Notes: generated by a model from the sequence alone, not told the origin. Shown: positions 32,863-44,095, counted from the stretch's first letter. The stretch is DNA of 64,000 nt from an uncultured beta proteobacterium (GCA_963726485.1 CAVSCL010000011.1:38966-102965), one strand, 5' to 3'. Made by a program: numbers and translations.

Positions 32863-34983
32863 GTCGTGATTCTGCGATAAATGTCTGTCACTTTCACGGG
32901 CAACTGGCGCACGTCGTCGAGAATGATATAGCGGGCGGCGCCATACATGTGCGGCAGGTAGTTGCGGGCATCGTGGTCAAGGGTGATGCAAAACGGGTGA
33001 ATACCGGTGCGCCCGGCTTCGAACAGCGCCATGCGGGTGTCTTCCACCCCATACACGCCGCGATAAACATCGAAGTAGTCATCGGGGCGACCGTCGGACA
33101 GCGTGACCATGACCTTGGTGCGTGCTTCGACCTGGTTAAGAAGCGTGGTCATGTGGCGAATGGCGAAGCCCATGCGGGTGTATTCCTGAGGGCGGATTCC
33201 GGAGATGCGGGCTTTCACTTCGGGAGAGTAAGTCTCGTCAAAGGTCTTGATGCGGAACAGTTCGCAGCGCTTGCGCGTGGTGCCTGAAAAGCCATAGATC
33301 GCGTAGCGGTCACCCAGCAGTTCCAGCGCTTCGCACAGCAGAATCAGCGCTTCGCGTTCGGCTTCGTTGATCCAGCCCTTGGTCGAGCCGCTCATGTCCA
33401 CCAGAAACGCGACGGCGATATTGCGCTCGGCGCGATGCTGACGCACGAACAGGCGGTCGCTCATTTCTCGACCGTCGCGGGCATCGGCCAGCGCTTCGAT
33501 CAGCGCGTCGATGTCGATCTCGTCGCCGCCGGTCTGGCGCTTTTCCAGGCGGTTTTCGTCGCGCATGGCCTCGAAGCGGCGGCGCAGGTGTTTGACGATG
33601 GCGGAGTGCTTGTCCAGCGTTTCACGGTAAAAGTCGTCGTACACCGGCAAAACGGGTTTTTCGCGCATCACACACCAGTTTTTGCGATAGTGCTGGCGGC
33701 CATGATCCCACTCGGGAAAGAGCGTGGCGCCACGCTCGTGATACACGCCCTGCCACACTGCATCGGGGTCTTCGGGCTGATCCTGAATACAAGTTCGGGT
33801 CGTATTCGCCTTCTCCGGCAGGGGTGAGATATTCCGGAGGGATCTCGCCAAAGTCGAGATAGATCGAAGTCAGCAACTGCTTCACGCCTTCCGGCGGGGC
33901 GAGCGGGGCATCGTCGAGGGTGATGTCGAAATCGAGCGCGCCATTTTCATCGCGGACTTTCGCTTCGATGCGCGGCGGCGCTTCGTGCTCGCTCGTGTCT
34001 CGCGGTGCGGTCTTTTCGGGCAAGGCTTCCAGCAATTCGGCGAGTTTGACGCGCAGCCGGGCTTTTTCCTTTTCCGCACGGCCGGCGCGGGCGGCGGCGA
34101 CGGCATCCGGGCGCAGCGTGCCGTGATAGCACCCGGACGGGAAGGCCGGCAGCGCGCAGGCAGCATCCAGCAGCGCCAGGCTGGTTTCAACCGAAGCGTC
34201 GGGGGCGGCAAGCGCTACAGCGAAGTCGTGCCAGGCCGTGGGCAGGGTTTCATTCAGCGCATGGCTCAGGCGTTGCATTTCACGATAGAGGCCGGGCAAC
34301 TCGCGTCCGATGCGGGCGGTAAGGCGCAAGCTTTCCAGCGCATGGAACTGGGTCAGCGCGTGTTCGGGGTCGGCGCGGGGCGCAAGCACGGCTTGCAGAT
34401 CGACACGCAAAGTGCCGAAGCGGGTTTGCGCCCACAGGAGTGCGACCGTTGCCTTGGCAAGCTGGAAGTTGTCGGACAATTGATCGAAACGGGCGATGAG
34501 ATTGGGCAGCACCACACGCTCCCCGTCGGTAAACGCGGCATCACCTTGCTCCAGCTTCAGCCGCCGTCCGGAGAGCCCGCACAGAAAATTGCCAAGCACG
34601 GGCGCGATGTCCTCGAACAACACTCCGGCGGCATCGTGCACGTGTGCTGTGGTATCGAAGCTATCGACCTGCTCCATCACCCGCAGTGCAGTTTGCAGCC
34701 CGGTGCGGTCGAATATGTCGCAGGTGTGAATCGCCCACGCCTCCAGCAAGCGCCGCTCCATGCGCGGCAACAGCGCGGGGGCACGGCGGCCAAACTGCCA
34801 CGCCAGCGTGATATGGGTGGAGGCAATGCGGCGTATCCAGTCGAGGATGAAATCCTGTTCTTCGCGCGACAACACTGCCAGTTCTGCCGCCAGGACCTCG
34901 ACCTTGAAGAACGTGAATTCTGTATCGAGCCAGACGTGGAGACGCTGCTCGATTTCGGCAGTGGAAAGAGGCTCCAGCGCCAT
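32859..34983 (-). CDS. CbbO/NorD-type vWA-domain protein; frameshift near 33785
   Basis: N-terminal region LSGRRLKL..AFTDGERVVLP; C-terminal vWA with MIDAS DMSGST, YTRMGFAIRH, LSDGRPDD, HPFCITLD. Confidence 0.88.
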
Positions 34984-36021
34984 CAGAAAATCGAGGAGGA
35001 AAGTTCCTGAATCGCCTTCAGCATGTCGGAATCGTCGGTGACCGCCTGCGCGACCGCCGATTTGCACGCCGAGACGGGGCTGATGCCATCGGCGATGAGC
35101 TTGCCGGCGTGTACCAGGAGCCGGGTGGAGGCGCCTTCATCCAGACCGCTGCCCTTGAGGTTGCGGGTCATCTGGGCGAATTTCACCAGCTTGTCGGCTA
35201 TGGCTTCGCTGACGCCGGATTCGCTGGCGACGATACGGCGCTCGAGTTCGCGGCGCGGGGTAGTCGAATTCCAGTGCGACAAAACGCTGCCGGGTCGATT
35301 GCTTGAGATCCTTGAGCACGCTCTGGTAGCCGGGGTTGTAGGAAATCGCCAGACAGAATTCGGGCGTGGCCTCGAGCATCTGCCCCAGTTTTTCCATCGG
35401 CAGGGTGCGGCGGTCGTCGGCCAGCGGGTGGATCACGACCATGGTGTCCTTGCGCGCCTCGACAATTTCATCGAGGTAACAGATGCCGCCACAGCGCACG
35501 GCGCGGGTGAGCGGGCCGTCCACCCACACCGTTTCGCCACCCTTGACCAGATAGCGCCCGACCAGGTCGGAGGCGGTGAGGTCGTCGTGGCACGACACGG
35601 TGATCAGCGGCCGCTTCAGGCGCCACGCCATGTGTTCCATGAAGCGCGTCTTGCCGCAGCCGGTGGGGCCTTTCAGCAGCACCGGAATTTGCTGGCGATA
35701 GGCGGCTTCAAACAGCTGGATTTCGTCGCCTACCGGCTCGTAGTAGGGTTCGGTCTCAATCAGGTGGTGGGCGGGGTCGTAGGCCGGTCTGGGCATCACG
35801 TTCGCCCCCTCGCCCGCTTGCGGGACCTCGGTGCCCCGCAGGGGTAGAGGGTTGGGGTGAGGGGGCGTAGCTGCAGGTTTGGGCATCATGTCCGTTCCTT
35901 CATGCCCTTCCGGGTGGTGATGCCCGTCCGGGTGCTCTACCCCTTCGGGGCACCGAGGTCCTTTGGGGAGAGCATCCGCTTCGCGAGGATGAAGGTTGGG
36001 GTGAGGGGCGGGCATCGTCAT
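34983..36021 (-). CDS. CbbQ/NirQ/NorQ-family MoxR AAA+ ATPase; frameshift near 35268; start probably 35889 or 35796
   Basis: Walker [22 protein letters not shown], Walker [24 protein letters not shown]-terminal [10 protein letters not shown]. Confidence 0.92.
35804..36010. repeat. Cluster of nested composite palindromic elements (family B) at the ATPase 5' end
   Basis: Two family-B backbones with an inserted 20-nt module in opposite orientations (35826-35845, 35939-35958), a 19-nt hairpin module (35973-35991) and tandem TGCCC(T/G)TCCGGGTG. Confidence 0.75.
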
Positions 36022-36045
36022 GTTCTAAAGGATTTTCCTTCATTG

Positions 36046-36072
36046 ATGCATCGTCGGAAACGGCCGATGCAT
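36046..36072. repeat. 27-bp palindromic repeat, family A copy
   Basis: Reverse complement reads ATGCATCG-GCCGTTTCCGA-CGATGCAT. Confidence 0.75.
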
Positions 36073-36073
36073 A

Positions 36074-36550
36074 CTAGAAGCAGCCAGCTTCCTGCTTCTT
36101 GCGTTCCAGCGCTTTCACTTCCTGATTCCATTTATCCATTTTTTCCTGGGTGTAGCCTTTACGCTGAGCCTCGTCCATGGTGTCCATCACCTTGCCGAGT
36201 TTGTCTGCAAGTTTTTCGCAGTTGTTATCGTGCGCCTTTGTCACGCGTTTCTTCGGGGCCGTCGTGTAAGTTTCCAGCTTCACCGCCCCGCTCTTTTCAG
36301 CTTCGGTCTCGGTCGTCCTTTTTGGATCGGATTTAGCATGAACAGCAGGCTTGGGGGCGGGCGGTGCGGGTGGTGCAGGATCGATTTCGATTTTGCGTGA
36401 CTCGCGCGCGTTGGCGCATGGCAGATTGGAATACGTCACCTTGCCCTGCGCGTCGATGCATTTATTGAGGCTATCCGCGTGGCTGATAGCGGCGGAGAAT
36501 GCCGCTATCACCAGTACCGCAGCGGATTGATGCAAGACGCGCTTGTACAT
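36074..36550 (-). CDS. DUF4124-like exported protein
   Basis: Signal peptide, KCIDAQGKVTYSNLPC, Pro-rich linker, C-terminal helical region with two Cys. Confidence 0.75.
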   Translation of the reverse strand: MYKRVLHQSAAVLVIAAFSAAISHADSLNKCIDAQGKVTYSNLPCANARESRKIEIDPAPPAPPAPKPAVHAKSDPKRTTETEAEKSGAVKLETYTTAPKKRVTKAHDNNCEKLADKLGKVMDTMDEAQRKGYTQEKMDKWNQEVKALERKKQEAGCF

Positions 36551-36561
36551 GGTCGTTCCGC

Positions 36562-37476
36562 TTAATGATCCGCTGAATACTTGTCGTCTTCCACCGCCAT
36601 TTTGGCATCGAACGCCGCCTGTTTTTCCTGTTCAGCCATGGCGCGTTTACGCGCCAGACGTTTGTCAAGCGCATCGGGACGCTCGTCGACGAATTTTTCG
36701 TTGAACAGAACGTGCTTGAGGAAATTCAAACCGAAGTCGAGCAAGGCCTCATCATCCGCGATCAGCAGCGCCATGACATCCGACGGAGATGTCGTAGGTG
36801 TCGTTGAAGTTCGGGCTCATGACGAAAGCGCGGAAGCGATCGACATCGTAGCTCGCCATGAAGAACAACTGATTGGAAACGGGCGTGGGTTTGCCGATGG
36901 TGGGGCCGGCGGACTTGCGCTTGACCACCAATTGCCGCCAGGCGCGGCCTTTCTCGTCGTATTCCGCCACGCCTTGTTCAGCGCGGTATTCTTCGATACT
37001 GAGTGTGCGGTCTTCGAAGTGGCCGAGGCAGTGTTTTTCCTTGACCAGCGCATACGCGGTGCGATCGACGTACTCGTCGGAACGGCGCATGGTCAGCAGG
37101 GCGACCGGATAGTAGCGGCATGCGGTGGGGCGATCTCCATACACGCCGCAGCCTTCGGGCTGTCATGAACTGGCAGGCAGTGCCGCCTTCGACCGGCTTT
37201 AACTTCACGCCGGGCATGCCTTCCTTGTCCATCTCGAAGGGCACGGAGTACTGTTTGCAGAAACTCGCCAGACGACATGTCCAGGCGCTTTTTCAGACGC
37301 AGGATGTCGTAGGGCGTAAGCGGAATGTCGATGTTGCTGCAGCAGGCGTTCCAGCATTTGACGTTGCGATGGCAACGGAACTGAAGCGTGGCGTTTTCCG
37401 CCAGCATCGTGGGTTCGACCGGGCTGCCCGCAAACGGGGAGTCCTGGATCATGTCTTTGAATTCGTCTTCGTTCAT
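36562..37476 (-). CDS. YkgJ/FliB-family cysteine-cluster (putative Fe-S/Zn) protein; several frameshifts
   Basis: FRCHRNVKCWNACC..LTPYD, then C.FM..GC.VYGDRPTACRYYP and HCLG across shifted frames. Confidence 0.8.
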
Positions 37477-37594
37477 GTTTCAACCTTACCGGGGCCGTGC
37501 CCCCCATCAATAAAACCAGCACAGTCGGGAATGCGAGCTTACGCGTTTTCGGCTGGATGCTAAACCTTGTCGCGATTACTGTTTTGACAACCGG

Positions 37595-37622
37595 AAAAAA
37601 ACCGGGCGCCAGAAGGCGCCCG
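37595..37622 (-). terminator. Intrinsic terminator after aprA
   Basis: On the - strand CGGGCGCC-TTCT-GGCGCCCG followed by GTTTTTTT. Confidence 0.7.
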
Positions 37623-37682
37623 CTATTCCGGGTCGCCTTGATTCATACGGCGGCGCCCGGAGTTTACAAGCTAAGCGACTCC

Positions 37683-39705
37683 TTAGTGAGCAGCAGCCTT
37701 GAACAGCTTGGACTTGTCGACCAGATCCACGTGGGCGCGCTTGAAGCAGTTCCACTGTTTGGTGTTCTTGTCGTACACGGAGTTCACGAAGCAATGCCAG
37801 TTCTCTTCGTCGACGAAGTTCTTGTCGATGCGGTAGTAGAAGCCGGGGTAACGGCTTTCCTGACGGAACTGGATGTGCTTCATGTGAGCTTCGGCGGTCA
37901 GGATGCGATGGTAGTTTTCCCAGGCGCGCAGCAGTTCGTGCAGGTCTTTTGCACGCATCTTCTCGGCGTCTTCCTTCAGCATGTTCAGCTTCTCTTCCGC
38001 CACGGCCAGCATCTTGTCGTTGGTGGTGTAGTAGGTGGCGACACCGGCAACGTACTCGTCCATGATCTTCTGCAGACGGAACTGCAGCATCTTGGGCGTG
38101 ATGTAGTTGGGGTTGACGTCGATCGCCGTGGTGTAGTCCTTGTGCTCCAGGTAGGTACGCACCGGCTTGTAGATTTCTTCCACCAGCTGCTCGACGGAGG
38201 TGTCCAGCTCGGGCTTCCAGTCCTTGTTGTCGATGCAGTACTTGACCATGGACTTGGCGCACATGCGGCCTTCGGCGTGCGAGCCGGAGGAGAACTTGTG
38301 GCCGGATGCGCCCACGCCGTCGCCGGCGGTGAACAGACCCTTGACCGTGGTCATGGAGCGGTAGCCCCAGTTCCAGCCCTTGGGCAGGTGAGCCGGGATC
38401 TTGCCCGGCATCGGCGTGATCTTCGGTGGTCGGTGCGCCGACGTCGTCGGGACCGGACACCCAGATGCCGCAGCAACCGGAATGCGAACCCAGCAGGTAG
38501 GGCTCGGTCGGCATCAGTTCGGAGTTTTTCTTCTCCGGCTCGATGTTTTCACCGACCCAGATACCGCACTGGCCGATGCACATGTCGAGGAAGTCTTCCC
38601 AGGCTTCGGCTTCCAGATGCTTCACTTCGCGCGGCGTCAGCGTTTCACGCAGCTTGGCCAGGGCGGTCACGGTGTCCATGTAGATGGGGCCGCGGCCTTC
38701 CTTCATCTCCTTCAGCATCAGGTGGTTGCGCAGGCAGGAAGCGGGAACGGCAGCCTGGCCATAGGGCGGGTAGTCGTTCAGCATTTCCTTGTTGCGAGCC
38801 ATGTAGACTTCGCCGTTGGCGTTGACGGCTTGGCCTTGAACAGCAGGAACCATGCGCCGACCGGGCCGTAACCGTCCTTGAAGCGGGCGGGCACGAAACG
38901 GTTTTCCATCATGGTCATCTCGGCGCCGGCTTCAGCAGCCATGGCGTAGGTCGAACCTGCGTTCCACACCGGGTACCAGGCGCGGCCGGTACCTTCACCC
39001 ACGGAACGCGGACGGAAGATGTTCACGCAACCACCGGCGGCCAGCAGAATCGCCTTGGCCTTGTACACCACGACTTTGTTTTCGCGGGTCGAGAAACCAA
39101 CGGCACCGGCAATAGCGGTTCGGGTCGTTCTTGTCGTTGACCAGCTTGACGATGAAGATGCGCTCTTCGATGCGATCCATGCCCAGCGCTTTCTTCGCGG
39201 CTTCAGCGACGATCCACTTGTAGGATTCGCCGTTGATCATGATCTGCCATTTGCCGGAACGCACGGGCTTGCCGCCGTCTTTCAGCGGGGTCAGGCCTTG
39301 CGCGCCGTCGTGACGTTCACCGTTTTCGTCGGTCTTCCAGATTGGCAGGCCCCATTCTTCGAACAGGTGCACGGATTCGTCAACGTGACGGCCCAGATCG
39401 TAGGCCAGGTCGTCGCGGGTGATGCCCATCAGGTCGTTGGAGACCATGCGGGCGTAGTCGGCGGGATCCTGCTCGGGGCCGATGTAGGTGTTGATCGCGG
39501 ACAGACCCTGCGCCACGGCGCCGGAACGGTCCATGGCGGCCTTGTCGACCAGCTTGATTTTGAGATCGATGCCGGACTCGGCTTTGGCCGCCTCAGCCCA
39601 GCGCATGACTTCATACGCGGCGCCGCAGCAAGCCATGCCGCCGCCGATCAGCAGGATGTCGACTTCTTCCTGGACTACTTCGGGATTACCAAATTCTCCA
39701 GCCAT
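37683..39705 (-). CDS. aprA: Adenylylsulfate (APS) reductase alpha subunit; several frameshifts
   Basis: IGGGMACCG, RSGAVAQGLSAINTY, GKWQIMINGESYK, RAWYPVWNAGS, RFKDGYGPVGAWF, YLLGSHSG, GHKFSSGSHAEGR, ESRYPGFYYR. Confidence 0.96.
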
Positions 39706-39726
39706 TTTATTTACCTCTCTAATCGA

Positions 39727-40201
39727 TTACTTGCGGATCAGTTCAGCAGGGTTGCCAGCACGGTAGCCACCCATCACTGCGTGTGAAGAAACCGGTCTTG
39801 GTGATGTTGGCCATCTTCGGCGATGGGCTTGCCACCGTAACGGATCAATGGAACCTTCGGGCGTGGTGCGGATCGGGAACTTGAAGCGCTTCAAGTTGCC
39901 GTTGCGGAACTTGATGGTCCACATGATGGAGTCGGAACCGCGCAGCGGCTGCACCATGCCGCCCAGCGGCACGACGTCGGCGTAGTGGCGACACTTCGAT
40001 GGCTTGCTGCGGGCAAATCTTCACGCAGGAATAGCACTCCCAGCACTGCTCGGGTTCCTGGTTGTAGGCACGCATGGCGTGGCCGGTTTCAGAACCGTCT
40101 TTGTCCAGCTTCATCAGATCGTGCGGGCAGATGTACATGCAAGCGGTCTTGTCCTGACCCTTGCAGCCGTCGCACTTGTCGGTACGAACATAGGTTGGCA
40201 T
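39727..40201 (-). CDS. aprB: APS reductase beta subunit; frameshifts
   Basis: MPTYV..CDGCKGQDKTACMYICP, CWECYSCVKICP, WTIKFRNG..KRFKFPIRTTPEG. Confidence 0.96.
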
Positions 40202-40324
40202 TACAGTCTCCTAAAGTTAGCTAACTCCGCGATCGTCGCGGTCCGTTTTGGATGCCTGAACCTGAACCTTGGCCGGGGCGTGTCGCGAATCCGCTTCCGG
40301 TCGGGTTCAATGCTCCGAAAAAGG

Positions 40325-41543
40325 TTACTTGGCCGAGTGACCTTTCAACTCGACCTTGACGTTCTGTTCCGCACTCAGGCCGGCGTAGTACTTCTGCAGC
40401 ACCTTGGCGACTTCCGGGCGGCTGAATTCGACCGGCAGATCCTGGCCTTCGGACAGCATGGCGCGGACCTTGGTGCCGGACAGCAGGATGCGGTCGTCCT
40501 TGGTGTGCGGGCAGGTGCGCTGCGAGGCCATGCCGCCGCACTTGTTGCACCAGAAGGTCCAGTCGATGTTCATGTTCTTGGTTTCGAGCGAGCCAGCCGG
40601 AATCTCGTCGAAAATCTTCTGCGCGTCGAACGGGCCGTAGTAGTCGCCCACGCCGGCATGGTCGCGGCCGACGATCAGGTGCGAACAGCCGTAGTTCTGG
40701 CGGAACAGGGCGTGCAGCAGCGCTTCGCGCGGACCGGCGTAGCGCATGTCCAGCGGGTAGCCGGCCTGGATCACGGTGTTCGGGGCGAAGTAGTTGTCGA
40801 TCAGGGTGCTGATGGCCTCGGAACGCACTTCGGCGGGGATGTCGCCCGGCTTCAGCGCGCCCAGCAGGGAGTGGATCAGCACGCCGTCCATGGTTTCGAT
40901 GGCGATCTTGGCCAGGTATTCGTGCGAGCGGTGCATCGGGTTGCGGGTCTGGAACGCGGCGACCTTGGACCAGCCCAGCTTCTCGAAGGCGGCGCGGGTC
41001 TCGGCCGGGGTCATGAACTGGTCGCCGTATTCTTCCTTGAAGGTGCCGGTGGACAGCACCTTGACCGGGCCGGCCAGGTTGTACTCGACCCTGTTCCATG
41101 ACCATCTTGACGCCGGGGTGCTCGAGGTCGGTGGTCTTGTAGACCTGCATGCACTCGTGCGCCTTGTCGATGGCGTACTTTTCGGTCACCTTCATGGTGC
41201 CCATGATTTCGCCGGTTTCGCCATCGACCAGCGCGATGTCCGAGCCGACTCTGATGCTCTGACCGGTGACCTCGTCGGTGGACAGGGTGACGGGAATCGG
41301 CCAGAACAGGCCGTTGGCCATTTTGTAGCCGTCGCACACGCCCTGCCAGTCGGAATGGGTCATGAATCCATCCAGCGGGGTGAAGCCGCCGATGCCCATC
41401 ATGATGAGGTCGCCGGTTTCGCGCGAGGTCATCTTGACCTTGGGCAGAGAAGCGGCGCGGGCTTTTTCGGCGGCGAGTGCGTCGCCCGTCAGCAACAGAG
41501 GTTTGAGTTCACCGCCACCGTGGGGGCGTACCAGTTTGGACAT
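40325..41543 (-). CDS. sat: Sulfate adenylyltransferase (ATP sulfurylase); frameshift near 41088
   Basis: [53 protein letters not shown]. Confidence 0.96.
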
Positions 41544-41665
41544 GCTGTCTCCGATCGCTAGATTTAGGATATTTAAGTCGAAGCAGGATAGCACCCGGCT
41601 TTGCGCCTGAATAATGCTTTATTTTTATTTACTGATAAGCGGCTTTGATGTTGGCTGCGGGGACG

Positions 41666-41690
41666 AAAAAGCCCGGACTGGCCGGGCTTT
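41666..41690 (-). terminator. Intrinsic terminator downstream of the GATase gene
   Basis: AAAGCCCGG..CCGGGCTTT hairpin with a T run on the - strand. Confidence 0.65.
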
Positions 41691-41787
41691 GAAGTCCTTC
41701 ATGGCATCGGCTTACGCGTCGAGGAAGGCGGGCATGTCGCTTTGCTCGGTTCTAATGACGGGCGGTCTCGGTGGCGGTATGCACTCC

Positions 41788-42498
41788 TTATCGCTGAAGC
41801 CCTTGAATCCAGCGGGAATAAATCTTATCGGCAAGGGTATGGAGCCGATGGGTTCTATTCCCCACGTCTGACTGCATGGCGGCCGCGGACTGCACCGCCG
41901 GGCTTGAACTGGCGGCAATTTCATCGGCACCGTTTTCGCACCAGCTTGCAATCAGTTCCGGCGTCATTTCGACATGGCATTGCATCCCGAGATGGCGGTC
42001 GTTCAACACGAAAGCCTGGTTGGCGCAATGCGCACTTTCGAGCACACGCACGGCACCCGGTGGAATGGAAAAGGTTTCGCCGTGCCAGTGAAAGACGTTC
42101 ATTGGCTGAGGGGTATCCCCCAGCCAGTCCCGGGATGCATCCGTATCGGTGACGCGCACTTCGCCCCAGCCGATTTCCTTGACCGGGTTGAGCGTGATTG
42201 CTCCGCCCAAAGCCTTGGACATGAGCTGGCCGCCCAGGCAATGACCGATCACCGGAACATCCTGTTCGACCGCTTGACGGATCAGCGCCAGTTCCAAAGG
42301 AATCCACGGCAAATCATCGTTCACGCTCATGGGGCCGCCCATCAAGCACAGGCCGGAATAGCCGTTAAGCGTGTCAGGCACGGCATCCCCCGCGTCGATG
42401 CGCAGCAGTTGCCAGGGGATGGCGTGGCGGTCGAGAAATTCGGCGAAATAACCCGGGCCTTCGGTGGCAGTATGTCGAAAAATCAGAACAGGATTCAT
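41788..42498 (-). CDS. Type 1 glutamine amidotransferase
   Basis: EGPGYF, MGGPMSVND, GHCLGGQL, EIGWG, FHWHGETF, QCHVE. Confidence 0.92.
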   Translation of the reverse strand: MNPVLIFRHTATEGPGYFAEFLDRHAIPWQLLRIDAGDAVPDTLNGYSGLCLMGGPMSVNDDLPWIPLELALIRQAVEQDVPVIGHCLGGQLMSKALGGAITLNPVKEIGWGEVRVTDTDASRDWLGDTPQPMNVFHWHGETFSIPPGAVRVLESAHCANQAFVLNDRHLGMQCHVEMTPELIASWCENGADEIAASSSPAVQSAAAMQSDVGNRTHRLHTLADKIYSRWIQGLQR

Positions 42499-43147
42499 GA
42501 TGCACCTCAAAAAACCACTGCTCCATTTTATGTTACTTGGCGTGTTGTTTGGCAGTGCCGACGCTCGGGCAACCAGTATATCGGTCGTTGGTTTGTTCAA
42601 GGACAAGGCCATCGTCAGCATCGACGGCGGCAAGCCGCGCGCCTTGAGTGCGGGGCAATCCATTCAGGGCGTGAAACTGATTTCGGCCGATTCCGACAGC
42701 GCAAGTTTCGAAGTCGATGGCAAGCACCGAGCTTTGGGCATGGGGCAATCCTTTGCTGGCGATGCGCAGACGGGGCAGCGCGCCAGCGTTTCGCTCACCG
42801 CCGATGTGCGTGGCCACTTTGCCGCAGCCGGGTCGATCAACGGCTATCCGGTGACGTTTTCTGGTCGATACCGGCGCCACTTCGATTGCCGTCAACGCCG
42901 CCGAGGCCAAACGCATGGGTCTGGATTACAAGGCCGGGCAAGCCGGCGCGGTCAACACGGCCGCGGGCGTGGTACCGGCCTGGCGTGTGACGTTCAATAC
43001 CGTCAAGGTGGGCAGCATCACGCTGAATCAGGTTGACGGCATGGTGGTGGAATCCGGCTTGAATGTGCCGTTGCTGGGGATGAGTTTTCTGAACCGGATG
43101 GAAATGAAACGCGACGGGCAGACGATGACGCTGACCAGCGCTATTGA
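42497..43147 (+). CDS. Clan AA (TIGR02281-type) aspartic protease; frameshifts near 42862 and 43137
   Basis: Signal peptide, [19 protein letters not shown] across the shift, LLGMSFLNR. Confidence 0.85.
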
Positions 43148-43222
43148 TCTTCGACCTGCCTTTGAATGCGACAAGGCCTGCATTTGCAGGCCTTGTTTGA
43201 TTTGGAATGCCGCCATGGGATC

Positions 43223-44034
43223 TTACTGCTTGGTCTTGTCGCGCTCGATCAGCGCATACGCGCTGTGGTTGTGGATCGACTCGAAGTTTTCGGCCTCCAC
43301 CACATAGGCGTCGATCAGCGGCTCTGCGTTCATTGCCGCGGCAACATCGCGCACGATGTCTTCGACGAACTTGGGATTGTCGTAGGCGCGTTCGGTGACG
43401 AATTTCTCGTCCGGGCGCTTCAGCAGGCCGATACAGTTCGCACGAGGCCTGATCTTCGACTTTGCGCACCAGGTCCTCGATCCACAGGAAACCATTGGTT
43501 CGGGCAGTGACGGTGACGTGCGAGCGCTGGTTGTGCGCGCCGTAGTCGGAGATTTTCTTCGAGCAGGGGCACAGGCTGGTCACCGGCACCACGACACCTT
43601 GGTGGTGTGGCGTGAACTGGCCTTTTTCGATTGCGCCGATGAAGGTGACTTCGTAATCGAGCAGACTTTGCACGCCGGAGACGGGCGCGGACTTGTTGAC
43701 GAAATAGGGAAAGCTCATTTCGATGTAGCCGGATTCGGCTTCCAGGCGTTCGACCATCTGGCGCAGCATGTCCTTCGAAGTTCTCGACCGAGATTTCGCG
43801 CTCGCGCGTATTGAGAATCTCGATGAAGCGCGACATGTGCGTGCCCTTGAAGTTGTGCGGCAGATACACGTACATGTTGAAGGTGGCGATGGTGTGCTGC
43901 ACGCCGTCGCTCTTGTCGGCCACGCGCACCGGGTGGCGAATGCTCTTGATGCCGACCTTGTTGATGGCGATTTGCCGGGTGTCGGCCGAGCCTTGCACGT
44001 CGGGCATGCAAATGGGGTCGCAAATCTGGTTCAT
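43223..44034 (-). CDS. folE2: GTP cyclohydrolase I type B; frameshifts
   Basis: [46 protein letters not shown]. Confidence 0.94.
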
Positions 44035-44095
44035 GGGTACTCCTGATCGGGATGCAGTTTAGACTCAGTATAAACTGCCAGAATAGTTGAGTAAA

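Noticed and set aside
32859-36021. Naming these genes cbbQ/cbbO or norQ/norD
   Set aside because: The family is clear, but no Rubisco or NO reductase genes are in the window, so the client cannot be assigned
41580-41645. Specific regulator site in the AT-rich region upstream of sat
   Set aside because: Likely promoter DNA, but no convincing palindrome or repeat of the motif elsewhere in the window
41712-41790. Short peptide ending DMPAFLDA, reminiscent of the FtsZ tail
   Set aside because: No credible start codon and too short to distinguish from chance
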